The notes beneath the pieces are model-generated. The model worked only from the letters and a program-made list of their open reading frames with translations. It was not told the origin of the DNA and did no database searches. Shown piece by piece: positions 53,872 through 64,000 of a stretch of 64,000 bases of DNA (the stretch's first letter is position 1; each line of letters begins with the position of its first letter). Source of the stretch: Octopus sinensis (lineage: Eukaryota); NCBI RefSeq assembly GCF_006345805.1, contig NC_042999.1, positions 9,300,001 to 9,364,000 on the forward strand. Direction: 5' to 3'. A program made the position numbers and the translations under genes.

Positions 53872-54779
53872 GCACGTAGATTTGTACTGTGTACATTAAA
53901 TGATATTCAATTCTCACTGGATGGACATTGTTTTTGTTGATCTTACTATAGCGGAACAGTAAACTACATACGCACATACATGTATATATTTATACGATAG
54001 AAACATCAACATGTATGAATATAAGTTTCTTTCTTTCATTTGAGAGGTTAGACGAATGCAAATGTAACCAGAAATAATTGCTCAGTAAAGCACAAGTAGT
54101 GATACAAACTCCCAGCTTCAATTTTAATTAAAAAAATTATATGCTCTACATGCATTGAACACTCCTTTCTCATTCGTTCGATATTAAGTAACATACGTGT
54201 GTATATAATGTATGTAATATACAGTATAATGTTTGTATCAGAGTAAGCGTGTATGTGCGCGCTACGCCCCAAAAGCGTAGTACAGTTTCTTGTTTTAACT
54301 CGTGGAAATTCTCAAAATACTGACTCAAACATAAGGTTCATCTATCATCCAGTGGCTTTCACGACCATTATTGAGTTTCCTGTACCAACCAATCATACCA
54401 CGGAACTTACCGTTGTTGCTATTGCTGCCCCACACGATCTGCTGCAACTGATGTTATTTACCTGAATAAAATCTAAATACAGTAATCGCTAAATGCTTTT
54501 TATCCCAACACCTACCGATAACACATTTCTCTGGCCTCTGATTATTTCATCATTTCATTCTTCTATTTGAAAAGAAGGATCTTTCCCGAAATATTACAGG
54601 ATGATTAAACAACTTTGTCAATTTCATATATTTTCTATTTAGCTTCATTTCTTGACATCGCTTTACCCTTACATATTTTGCTTAACTCTTCACCTGCATT
54701 ACTGGTAGGTATTTTTCAAATATAAATATCATCTACACACATTGCAATGCTTGAAACAAATTGCTATAAACTTATACAC

Positions 54780-54814
<35 letters not shown>

Positions 54815-54989
54815 CGTGTGTCTGTGCGTATGTATGTATGTATCAGAATGTGTGTACCACATCTACAAGTGTTGTTCATCACCGTACTTCTAAGATGTTT
54901 TTTATGATTTAAGCTAATAAATTGTGGCACTTATTTATGGTCATTCATTCCAGCCCCCTCATAAAAGAAACTTTCATACAACATAATGT

Positions 54990-55037
54990 GTATATATATA
55001 CATATATATATATATGCATATCTATAAGTATACACAC

Positions 55038-55078
<41 letters not shown>

Positions 55079-55486
55079 TATCTATAGTATACACACAGAT
55101 ATATATATATATATTACATTATATAGTCTGTGTGTATATATAGATATGATATTATATATATATATATCTGTGTGTTACTATAGATATGCATATATATATA
55201 TATATATATATATAATCTGTGTGTATACTATAGATATGCATATATATATATATATACTGTGTGTTACTTATAGAATCATATAGATATATATATATATATA
55301 TATATCGTGTGTATACTATAGATACCATATTATATATATATAGATTCGTATACTATAGATATGCATATATATATATATATATATATTATCTGTGTATACT
55401 TATAGATATGCATATATATATATATATATTGTTGTATACTATCATATGCATATATATATATATATATATACGTTATACGATAGATA

Positions 55487-55517
<31 letters not shown>

Positions 55518-55547
55518 CTATATATATATAGATATATACACTAGATA

Positions 55548-55588
<41 letters not shown>

Positions 55589-55606
55589 TTATAGATATGT
55601 ATATAT

Positions 55607-55639
<33 letters not shown>

Positions 55640-55746
55640 GTATAATATATATGCATATATATATATTATATATCTGTGTGTATACTTATAGATATGCATA
55701 TATATATATATAGTATACTTAGCATGCATATATATATATATATATC

Positions 55747-55794
<48 letters not shown>

Positions 55795-55891
55795 TCTCAT
55801 AAGTTACACACGATATATATATATATATATATGCATATCTATAAGTATACACACAGATATAATATATATATATATATGAAGATATAGTATA

Positions 55892-55932
<41 letters not shown>

Positions 55933-56082
55933 TATGCATATCTATAAGTATACACACAGATATATATATATATATATATATATCATATATATGCATATCA
56001 TAAGTATACACACAGATTATACATATATATATATATATATATCTATATATATATAATATCATATCTATAAGTATACACACAG

Positions 56083-56113
<31 letters not shown>

Positions 56114-56334
56114 TATCTATAAGTATACACACAGATATATATATATATATATATTATATATACAGATATATATATACTATATATATATATATGCATATAT
56201 AAGTATACACATACAGACATATATATGCATATATAAGTATCACATATATATATATCATATATATATATGCATCTATAAGTATACACACAGATATATATAT
56301 ATTATATATATACATATATAAGTATACACCACAG

Positions 56335-56372
<38 letters not shown>

Positions 56373-57040
56373 TACTATAAGTATACACCACAGATAATAT
56401 ATATATATATATATATATATACATACAGTATATCTATAAGTATACACACAGACATATATATATATATACATACATGTAATCTATAAGTATACACACAGAC
56501 ATGATATATATATACTACATGTATATCTATCCACACAGACTATATATAACATACATGTATATCTATAAGTATACCACAGACATATATATATAATACATGT
56601 ATATACTTAAGTATACACACAGACATATATCATATATACATGTATATCTACAGTATACACAGACATATATATACATGTATAAGTATACATAAACAGACAT
56701 ATATATATATATATATACATACATATTCATATAAGTATACACACAGACATATTAATATATATATAACATACATGTATATCTATAAGTATACACAGACATA
56801 TATATATATATACATACATGTATATCTATAAGTATACACACAGACATATATATATATATATATACATACATGTATATCTATAAGTATACACACAGGCATA
56901 TATATATAATATATATACATGTATATCTATAAGTATACACACAGACATATATATATATATATATATCTATAATATATATATATATATATATATTATATAC
57001 ATGTATCTATAAGTATACACACAGACATATATATATATTT
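54990..57040. repeat. (TA)n-rich minisatellite, core GCATATCTATAAGTATACACACAGA
   Basis: The core recurs dozens of times between TA runs, and its orientation switches twice. Confidence 0.92.
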
Positions 57041-57190
57041 GGAAGAGGAAATAGAACGTGTTCACTGGACAAATAGTTAGACAGAAAGGAAGTAGATAAA
57101 TGGGAAAAGACGGAGTTGTAGAAAGATATATTCGACTGACATTAGGAGGCAGAAATAATCTGGTTAAGAGCATATATATAATTTTTTTTT

Positions 57191-57436
57191 TTACGAAACA
57201 ACCGGAAGTGGCTGTACTGTAGGTGTGGAGGTCACATGATTCGTATTTTCAATAGGTGCTGGTTGAGAGTTTTCAGCATTATCTGTTCGTTCTCCTTCTG
57301 CGATAGCGTCAAGAATACCCGTTTGCAAGTTAGTAATGATAAAATCAATTGTCTTTTTGTAAATGATCTCCATGCTTTCCGAATACCGATCTCCCAACGT
57401 GATTTTAATGGCACTTAAAAATGGCTCTTCCATTAA
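57191..57436 (-). CDS. Globin (neuroglobin/globin-X-like), last coding exon: G7 to H helix plus ~40-aa C-terminal extension
   Basis: Acceptor ttgatttcttttgcag ends at 57437 and is phase 0. Encodes LMEEPFLSAIKITLGDRYSESMEIIYKKTIDFIITNL..PLPVVS* (81 aa plus stop). Joins in frame to the upstream exon at the canonical G7.0 position. Confidence 0.92.
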   Translation of the reverse strand, partial: LMEEPFLSAIKITLGDRYSESMEIIYKKTIDFIITNLQTGILDAIAEGERTDNAENSQPAPIENTNHVTSTPTVQPLPVVS

Positions 57437-57674
57437 CTGCAAAAGAAATCAAAATACATTATTAGGTTATCTGTTGTAATGTATGTGAGGTTGTGGCGTT
57501 CATTGTCGTTTTATTTTTGTAATTTACTGATTTTTTTGTTTTCTTGTTTAAACGAGGACTTACTTTAATTTTTTTTTTCACTGCATATATTATCGAGCTT
57601 GCTCATATCGTCCATTGAATATTTCATGCATGACAAGGCCGCGTGACATTACACATGAAAGGAAAAGCTATACC

Positions 57675-57907
57675 TGTTTCTTTGCTACCCACAAGGGGCT
57701 GAACATAGAGGAGACAAACAAGTACAAACAAACGGATGAAGTCGATTACATCGACCCCAGTGCGTAACTGGTACTTAATTCATCGACCCCGAAAGGATGA
57801 AAGGCAAAGTCGACCTCGGCGGAATTTGAACTCGGAAAGTAGCGGCGGACGAAATACCACAAATCATTTCGCCCGGCGTGCTAACGTTTCTGCCAGCTCG
57901 CTGCCTT
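57675..57907 (-). mobile_element. SINE family B in the globin intron, with a 20-bp TSD
   Basis: ATGAAAGGAAAAGCTATACC at 57655-57674 and 57908-57927. Confidence 0.9.
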
Positions 57908-58360
57908 ATGAAAGGAAAAGCTATACCGATGGGAGAATATATACAGGACATGGTGGCGATTTTATAAATCCTGATGAAGACTATCAGGAGCTTTTTAAAA
58001 AGACTTAGCAATTAAGAAAGAAACGCTGTTTCTTATTCTTTTACCTATTCATGAGGCTCATCTATATATGTGTGTGTGTGGGGGGGTCTGTGTATAGACC
58101 TTTGCCTCTTTCAGTCATTACACTGCGCCCAAGTTGGAGCAGTAACTTGGAGAATTTTTATACTGAAGAATCGATCCCCAGTACTTAATTATTCAAGCCT
58201 GGTGCTATCGCTCCGGTTCGCCGAATTTCTAAGCTACAGGGATATAAATAAACCGACACCGGTTGTCAAATGATGTGGGAAACAAACGGAACCACACAGA
58301 CACAATACAAACACGTGTGTGTATATAATATACGTGTGTGTATACATATATATATATGTA

Positions 58361-58417
<57 letters not shown>

Positions 58418-58850
58418 GGCGGTACCCCAGCATGGCCACAGCTCGTGAGCTGAAACTAGATACAATTTTAAAAAATTAAAAAAATATATATGTGTGTGTG
58501 TGTGTGTATGCGTAGGTATTATTCCGATGTAATCCAAAATGGTAATCCAATAGAATAAGTAATCCGTGTGGTAAATTTGTTGTATATCTGCATCATCAAG
58601 AGAAAAATATATTCCATATTATGATACCAAACAATACCAGAAATAAAATAGTTAAATTGGTACTGGATAGCATTCTTCAATTCGGTTCTTTTTTCACTCC
58701 ATATTTTGCGCCACTCTGCGTCTTTCTCTTTTGCTTTCCTTTATGTTAAATCAAACATGGTCAAACAACAACAAAAAAAAAAACTTTTCTTTCTAGTATC
58801 GAACTGATACAACTTTGTCACAAAATTCATTGTCTCTGATTTATATTGTT

Positions 58851-58881
<31 letters not shown>

Positions 58882-59141
58882 GTGTGTTTGTGTACAGAGC
58901 AATTGAGAGAAAGGGCGGGAGACCTAGAGCGGAAGATACGCCATAGTCCGAAAGATGTCAACCGATAGATTGATCGGTCAACCGGTGGATCGATCGAATG
59001 ACAGAGGTATAGATAGATAGATAGATAGATAGGCAGGCAAACGGACAGACCGCAGATAAATAGACACAGACAGGCGGATATATAGAAAGGCAGGCTGACA
59101 GACAAATATCCTCCACGTGATATATAGAATAGCATACTTAC

Positions 59142-59369
59142 TCTAAAATATTGCGGTTTGTAATTTTTAAGTCGATAATGTTTGGCTCCTGTTCTTAGTA
59201 ACGACTCTCGTACAGCTTCGTAGTCATCGAGTGAAGTAATTGCTTTGTCCAGGGTCGCCATAACTAATAATGCGTGAGCTTCCAGAACCTCATTCTGTCT
59301 CAAAGCGTCTGAATGGACGTTTTTGAAATCAGAGAACAAATAGCCGATCTCTTCTTCCGTTTGAAACAA

Positions 59370-59370
<1 letters not shown>
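59142..59370 (-). CDS. Globin (neuroglobin/globin-X-like), central exon: B12 to G6, with CD1 Phe, distal E7 His and proximal F8 His
   Basis: 229 nt (1 plus 76 codons). Acceptor ttcag ends at 59371 (phase 2, B12.2) and donor gtaagt starts at 59141. Encodes LFQTEEEIGYLFSDFKNVHSDALRQNEVLEAHALLVMATLDKAITSLDDYEAVRESLLRTGAKHYRLKNYKPQYFR. Confidence 0.93.
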
Positions 59371-59408
<38 letters not shown>

Positions 59409-60369
59409 TAATAATTTCATTTGCCACAAGGGCGAAGGATGAGGGGGGCAATAAAAGCACAAACATAAAGCGTTGGGGTTTACATATAATAATGAAATGA
59501 TTAAAAAAAAGTATACAAGGTATATACTGGAAAAGAAGGGACATATGTATAGCATACAAAGGTAAAAAAAAAGGTGGGGGGATGATAGAGATGTGGCCCT
59601 CCTGATACAAGAACGCTTCTAGGGATAATCTAGGAACCCCACTGTCCGATATTTCTCTGAAACCCTAGGAGCAAGTGTCCTCTCCAACTCACAGCTCTAC
59701 ACTTAGAGGGGTACCATCCAGCTCTGATTCAGTACCAAATACTGGCTCTCGTGGTTTCTGATCTTAACTGATAGAAACTGTTATCATGTACATTGTTTTA
59801 TTTTGATATAAAAGATGAGCTACAGAAAATATTCTGCTCAATGCCACAGATATTTTTGACAGTTATTTGGCCGTAACCAGTTGAGCATGTCCCTTAGTGG
59901 CTGACGATGTGTTCATCTCTGATCACGAGCAGAAGTAGTGGGGGAGCATCATAGCCATGTGTTGAGAGAAAGTCTCTGGAGTTTGAATAAGTCACCCTCG
60001 AAACATCGGTGTTTCATTCATCATCCTTAAACAAACCTTATTCAGGGACCTTTTGAGCAGGATGGGCTACTCGACCTGAAGAAAATTCTAACTGGGCCCC
60101 ACCTGCGAGGTCATGTGCTGCTTATCTTGATATGAGATCACCATGTCACGCAAATATGGTTATTGTGCTTGTGCCTGGTGTCCCCTTATGAGGCGGGTAG
60201 TCATGATGGGTATATTGGGTTTCGTATAGTTGTACCTCGTATATTTGCACCTCCATTACGGAGGTAAATAATAGTTTGCCCCTCCAATAAGATGAAGAGC
60301 AAGCAACTGCTAATGAATAAATAAGAGGAGAAATTAATGAAGGAAACAAGCTATTCCTAAATATAGCAA

Positions 60370-60592
60370 AGAAACCGAAAAAAATTTGAATAAGTCGACC
60401 TACCAAGACAAATAGGGATTGCGGAAAACTAAGACAATAATTACTTCTATCGTAATTGGGGCACTTGGCACCACACCCAAAATGCTTCCTCAAAGACTGA
60501 AAGAGATTGGAATTGAAATACGCATTGGCCACCTGCAGAAAAGGACCATCCTATATTCTGCAAGGATCCGAAGAGTGATTTTTGAAATTTAA
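60370..60592 (+). mobile_element. 3' end of an RLE-type (R4/Dong-like) LINE
   Basis: KTIITSIVIGALGTTPKMLPQRLKEIGIEIRIGHLQKRTILYSARIRRVIFEI* resembles the PIVIGALG..LQK..LxSARI terminal motif. Confidence 0.65.
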
Positions 60593-61330
60593 GGAGTATT
60601 ATTGTCAAACCCCAAGAAATTTAAGGAGAATTATCGTCAAACTCTGCTAAATAATAATCCTTTCTACAATAGGCACAATGCCTGAAATTTAGGAGAAGAG
60701 GCGAGTCGATTACATCGACCGCAGTGTTTCGCTAATACTTAATTCTTCGACCCCGAAAGGAAGAAAGGCAAAGACGACCGCGGCGGAAATTTGAACTCAG
60801 AACGTAGCGACGGGCAAAATACCTATTTCTTTACTGCCCACAAGGGGCTAAACACAAAGAGGACAAACGGATTAAGTTTGAAAACTTGGCGCAGGGGATA
60901 TTCGATCACATCCGTCCCAGGACTCGACTGAAAAAATAATGGGCAAAATCAACCTCAATGATATTTGAACTCAGAATTTAAAGCCAGAAGAATTATTATT
61001 TGGCATTTTTTCCAGCATACCAACGATTATTATTATCTTATTATTATTATCCTCCGTTACTTTGCCCGTCCATGATGCTTCCAAGTGATTAGTTGAAGAG
61101 AAGGATAGCGGGGGGGGGGAATAGAGCAAGGGGCGTGGGAAAGGGAGAGGCAGTGGTGAGGGAAATGTGTAATTTTTTTCTTTTTGAACTAACATTTTCC
61201 TCCGTTACTTAGCCCATCTGTTACGCATTCACGTGATTAGTTGAAAGGAAAGGCGAAGAGCGAGAGAAAAAGAGGGTGAGGCAAAGAGAGAGAGTGCTAT
61301 GTATTAAGTCTATACAATTGTATATATATA

Positions 61331-61366
<36 letters not shown>

Positions 61367-61443
61367 TCATATAAAGTGTACTTAGTAATCATCGTATTCC
61401 AGTTTCCTTCACTTCTCAAAGATTAGCAGAGGAGCGACTAGGA

Positions 61444-61762
61444 GCACTCCGTCGGTTACGACGACGAGGGTACCAGCTGATACGATCGACGGAACAGCTG
61501 CTCGTGAAATTAACGTGCAAATGGCTGAGCACTCCACAGACACAGGTACCCTTAACGTAGTTCTCAGGGAGATTCAGCAGGACACAGAGTGAGACAAGGC
61601 CGGCCCTTTGAAATACAGGTACTACTCATTTTTGCCAGTTGAGTGGACTGGAGCAACGTGAAATAAAATGTCTTACTCAAGGACACAACGCGTCGCCGGG
61701 AATTGAACTCACGACCTTACGATCTTGAGCCGAATGCCCTAACCACTAAGCCACGCGCCTTC
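61444..61762 (-). mobile_element. tRNA-derived SINE (family A-related), full length
   Basis: Reverse complement of the 4625 and 14895 type. Confidence 0.85.
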
Positions 61763-61914
61763 ACAGATGAGCGACTATCGTTTGATAGAGGCACAACACA
61801 GCCTACGCTTTCACATTTTTCGGATAAAGTTTTCAGAAATAACACAATACGTTTACCAGTAATTCCGTGAAGTATTCCCGGGTCCCACTAGTTTTATTAG
61901 TATTATTATTATTA

Positions 61915-62770
61915 AGGCGACGTGCTGATGGAATCGTAAGCATGCCGGACAAAATGCTTAGCGACGTTTCGTCCACCTTTATCTTCTGAGTTCAAATTGC
62001 GGCGTCGAGATCGAATTTGTCTTTCATCCACTCGGGGTTGGTGAAATAAGTACCAGTTGGACACTAGGGTCGATGTAATCGTCTTACCCCAGCCCTCCAG
62101 ATTGCTGGACTTCTGTCAAAATTTGAAATCAACATCAGTTAAGATCAGAAGCCATGAGGGTCATGGCCTGGATGGCATCAAGGCATTATTATTATTATCA
62201 TTATTATTATTATTGTTATTATTACTGTTATTAAGGTGGCAAGCTTGTAGAATTGTTACCACACCGGGCGAAATACGTCGCGGTATTTCGTCTGCCGCTA
62301 CTTTCTGAGTTTAAATTCCACCGAGGTCGACTTTGCTGTTCATCTTTTCGAGGTCGATGAAATAGGTACCAGTTACGCACTGGGGTCGATGTAATCGACT
62401 ATCCCTCTTCCCCCAAACTTTTCAAGGCCCTGTGCCTAGGGTAGAAATAATTATTTTTATTTTACATATAACAGATTAGACTTAGAAAAGAAAAAATTCT
62501 AGCATCGGGCTAAGTAACCTTAGATGTCAAGAACCCTCCTATGTATCCTAGCTGTTTCTGGAGCTGCTATGATTATTATTATTATGAAGGTGGTGAGCTG
62601 GCAGAAATTCTTTGCGATATTTTTGTCTGCCACTATGTTCTGAGTTCAAATTCCACCGAGGTCGACTTTGCGATTCATCCTTTCGGAGTCGATAAATTAA
62701 GTACCAGTTGCCTACTGTGGTTGATGTAATCAACTATCCCCTCCCCAAAATTTCAGACTTTGAACTTATT
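61915..62770 (+). mobile_element. Three successive SINE family B-like copies, each after an (ATT)n run
   Basis: Heads at about 61915, 62233 and 62588. Confidence 0.8.
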
Positions 62771-63524
62771 GTAGAAAGGATTATTATTATTATCATCAGC
62801 ATTATTATTTGTGCTTCACCATTTTCTTGCATGTTTTCAAATCACTCCTTGATTTGGACGATTACCAAGATTTACAGGACAAGAATTTTTCGTTTTACCA
62901 ACAGCAAATTTTTTAAAGAATCGGATGCCTATCTCAACACTTGAGTTAGACAAAACGGTCTGATTAAGATAAGTATCTTCCATTTCGTGTTTACATATAT
63001 TTTAATATGGCTCCATGCTTTGCAGTGGTGGGAAACACCTCAAAACAGGCTAGTAATAAAGTTAAGAAAACTCAAGAAAACACAACTCAAAAAAGCAGAC
63101 TTGCGGTTTGTCGGCAGGAAAAAAAAAACATAATTTAAAAAATGATATTCATTTACAAGTCGAAAAATTAACAAAAAAACCAGCAAAAATAACATTTCTC
63201 TTTGGCAAGCATACCAGCTTAGAGAAATATTAGATACCTCTAAGCTGTGGAAAAAAATTAGCGTGGGTATGGTATGTCAATAAATATACTCTTTGTATGC
63301 CTGAAGAATTTATCCAATATGAGCAAGAACAGGATGATTCAACTAGACTTGGTAGAGGGATTTTCAGTTCAGAATTGAAGAAATGAGAACTGAAGAATCA
63401 TTTAAGTAGCGCTTTGAGACATCTTCGTTCTTAACCAAGCAAAGACTATGTTGCCGGTCTTTAAAATGCTGCGTAAGTTTTTTTTTTAAATCATAGATTA
63501 AAAACATTTTAAATAATAATAAGA

Positions 63525-63563
<39 letters not shown>

Positions 63564-63564
63564 A

Positions 63565-63940
63565 GGCGGCGAGCTGGCAGAAACGTTAGTACGCCGGCAG
63601 AAATGCTTAGCGGTGTTTCGTCTGCCGTCACGTTCTGAGTTCAAATTTCACTGAGGTTGACTTTGCCTTTCATCCTTTCGGGGTCGATTAAATAAGTACC
63701 AGTTACGCACTGGGGTCGATATAATCGACTTAATCCGTTTTTCTGTCCTTGTTTGTCCTCTCTGTGTTTAGCCCCTTGTGGGTAGTAAAGAAATAGGTAG
63801 TTCCTTTGCCACTACGTTCTGAGTTCAAATTCCGCTGAAGTCGACATTGCTTTTCATCCTTTTGGGGGGTCGATAAATTAAGTACCAGTTGCGTACTGGG
63901 GTCGATGTAATCGACTGGCCCCCTCCCACTAAATTTCAGT
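63565..63940 (+). mobile_element. SINE family B (full length) followed by a 5'-truncated copy
   Basis: Family B sequence at 63565-63795 and about 63810-63940. Confidence 0.88.
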
Positions 63941-64000
63941 GGACTCAGTGTTCTTTCTCCTAGGCTGCTTGCTACCCAAGGCTAACGAGTACAGCCTACC

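Noticed and set aside
54922-56831. Many Ile/Tyr-rich ORFs
   Set aside because: Translations of the (TA)n minisatellite.
62812-62983. Short minus-strand ORF MEDTY..VEIGIRFFKKF as a candidate globin exon 1
   Set aside because: No A-helix Trp and no GT donor at the required B12.2 phase-2 position.

Overview
AT-rich, repeat-dense animal DNA. The SINE families resemble those I recall from octopus genomes, so a cephalopod source is inferred, not verified. The only supportable host gene is a minus-strand globin (neuroglobin/globin-X-like). Two of its exons are visible (59142-59370 and 57191-57436), with the conserved B12.2 and G7.0 introns; exon 1 was not found in the window. The rest is SINEs, LINE remnants (RTE, CR1/L2-like, restriction-like-endonuclease type), Penelope-like element (PLE) remnants, Tc1/mariner and pogo fragments, two non-autonomous Helitrons and microsatellites. 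The main finding is a 9.2-kb array (33894-43112) of about 15 near-identical ~605-bp non-coding units. Fourteen units contain an intact type I hammerhead ribozyme: CUGAAGA/GAAA core, GUC cleavage site, palindromic stem III and an unusually long stem II. The array flips orientation at 36522-36523 and is bounded by (TA)n at both ends. It looks like a retrozyme or PLE pseudo-LTR array able to give ~605-nt self-cleaved, possibly circular, RNAs. Several decayed hammerhead motifs from other families are scattered across the window. Folds were checked by eye only, and repeat boundaries are approximate unless exact motifs are quoted.
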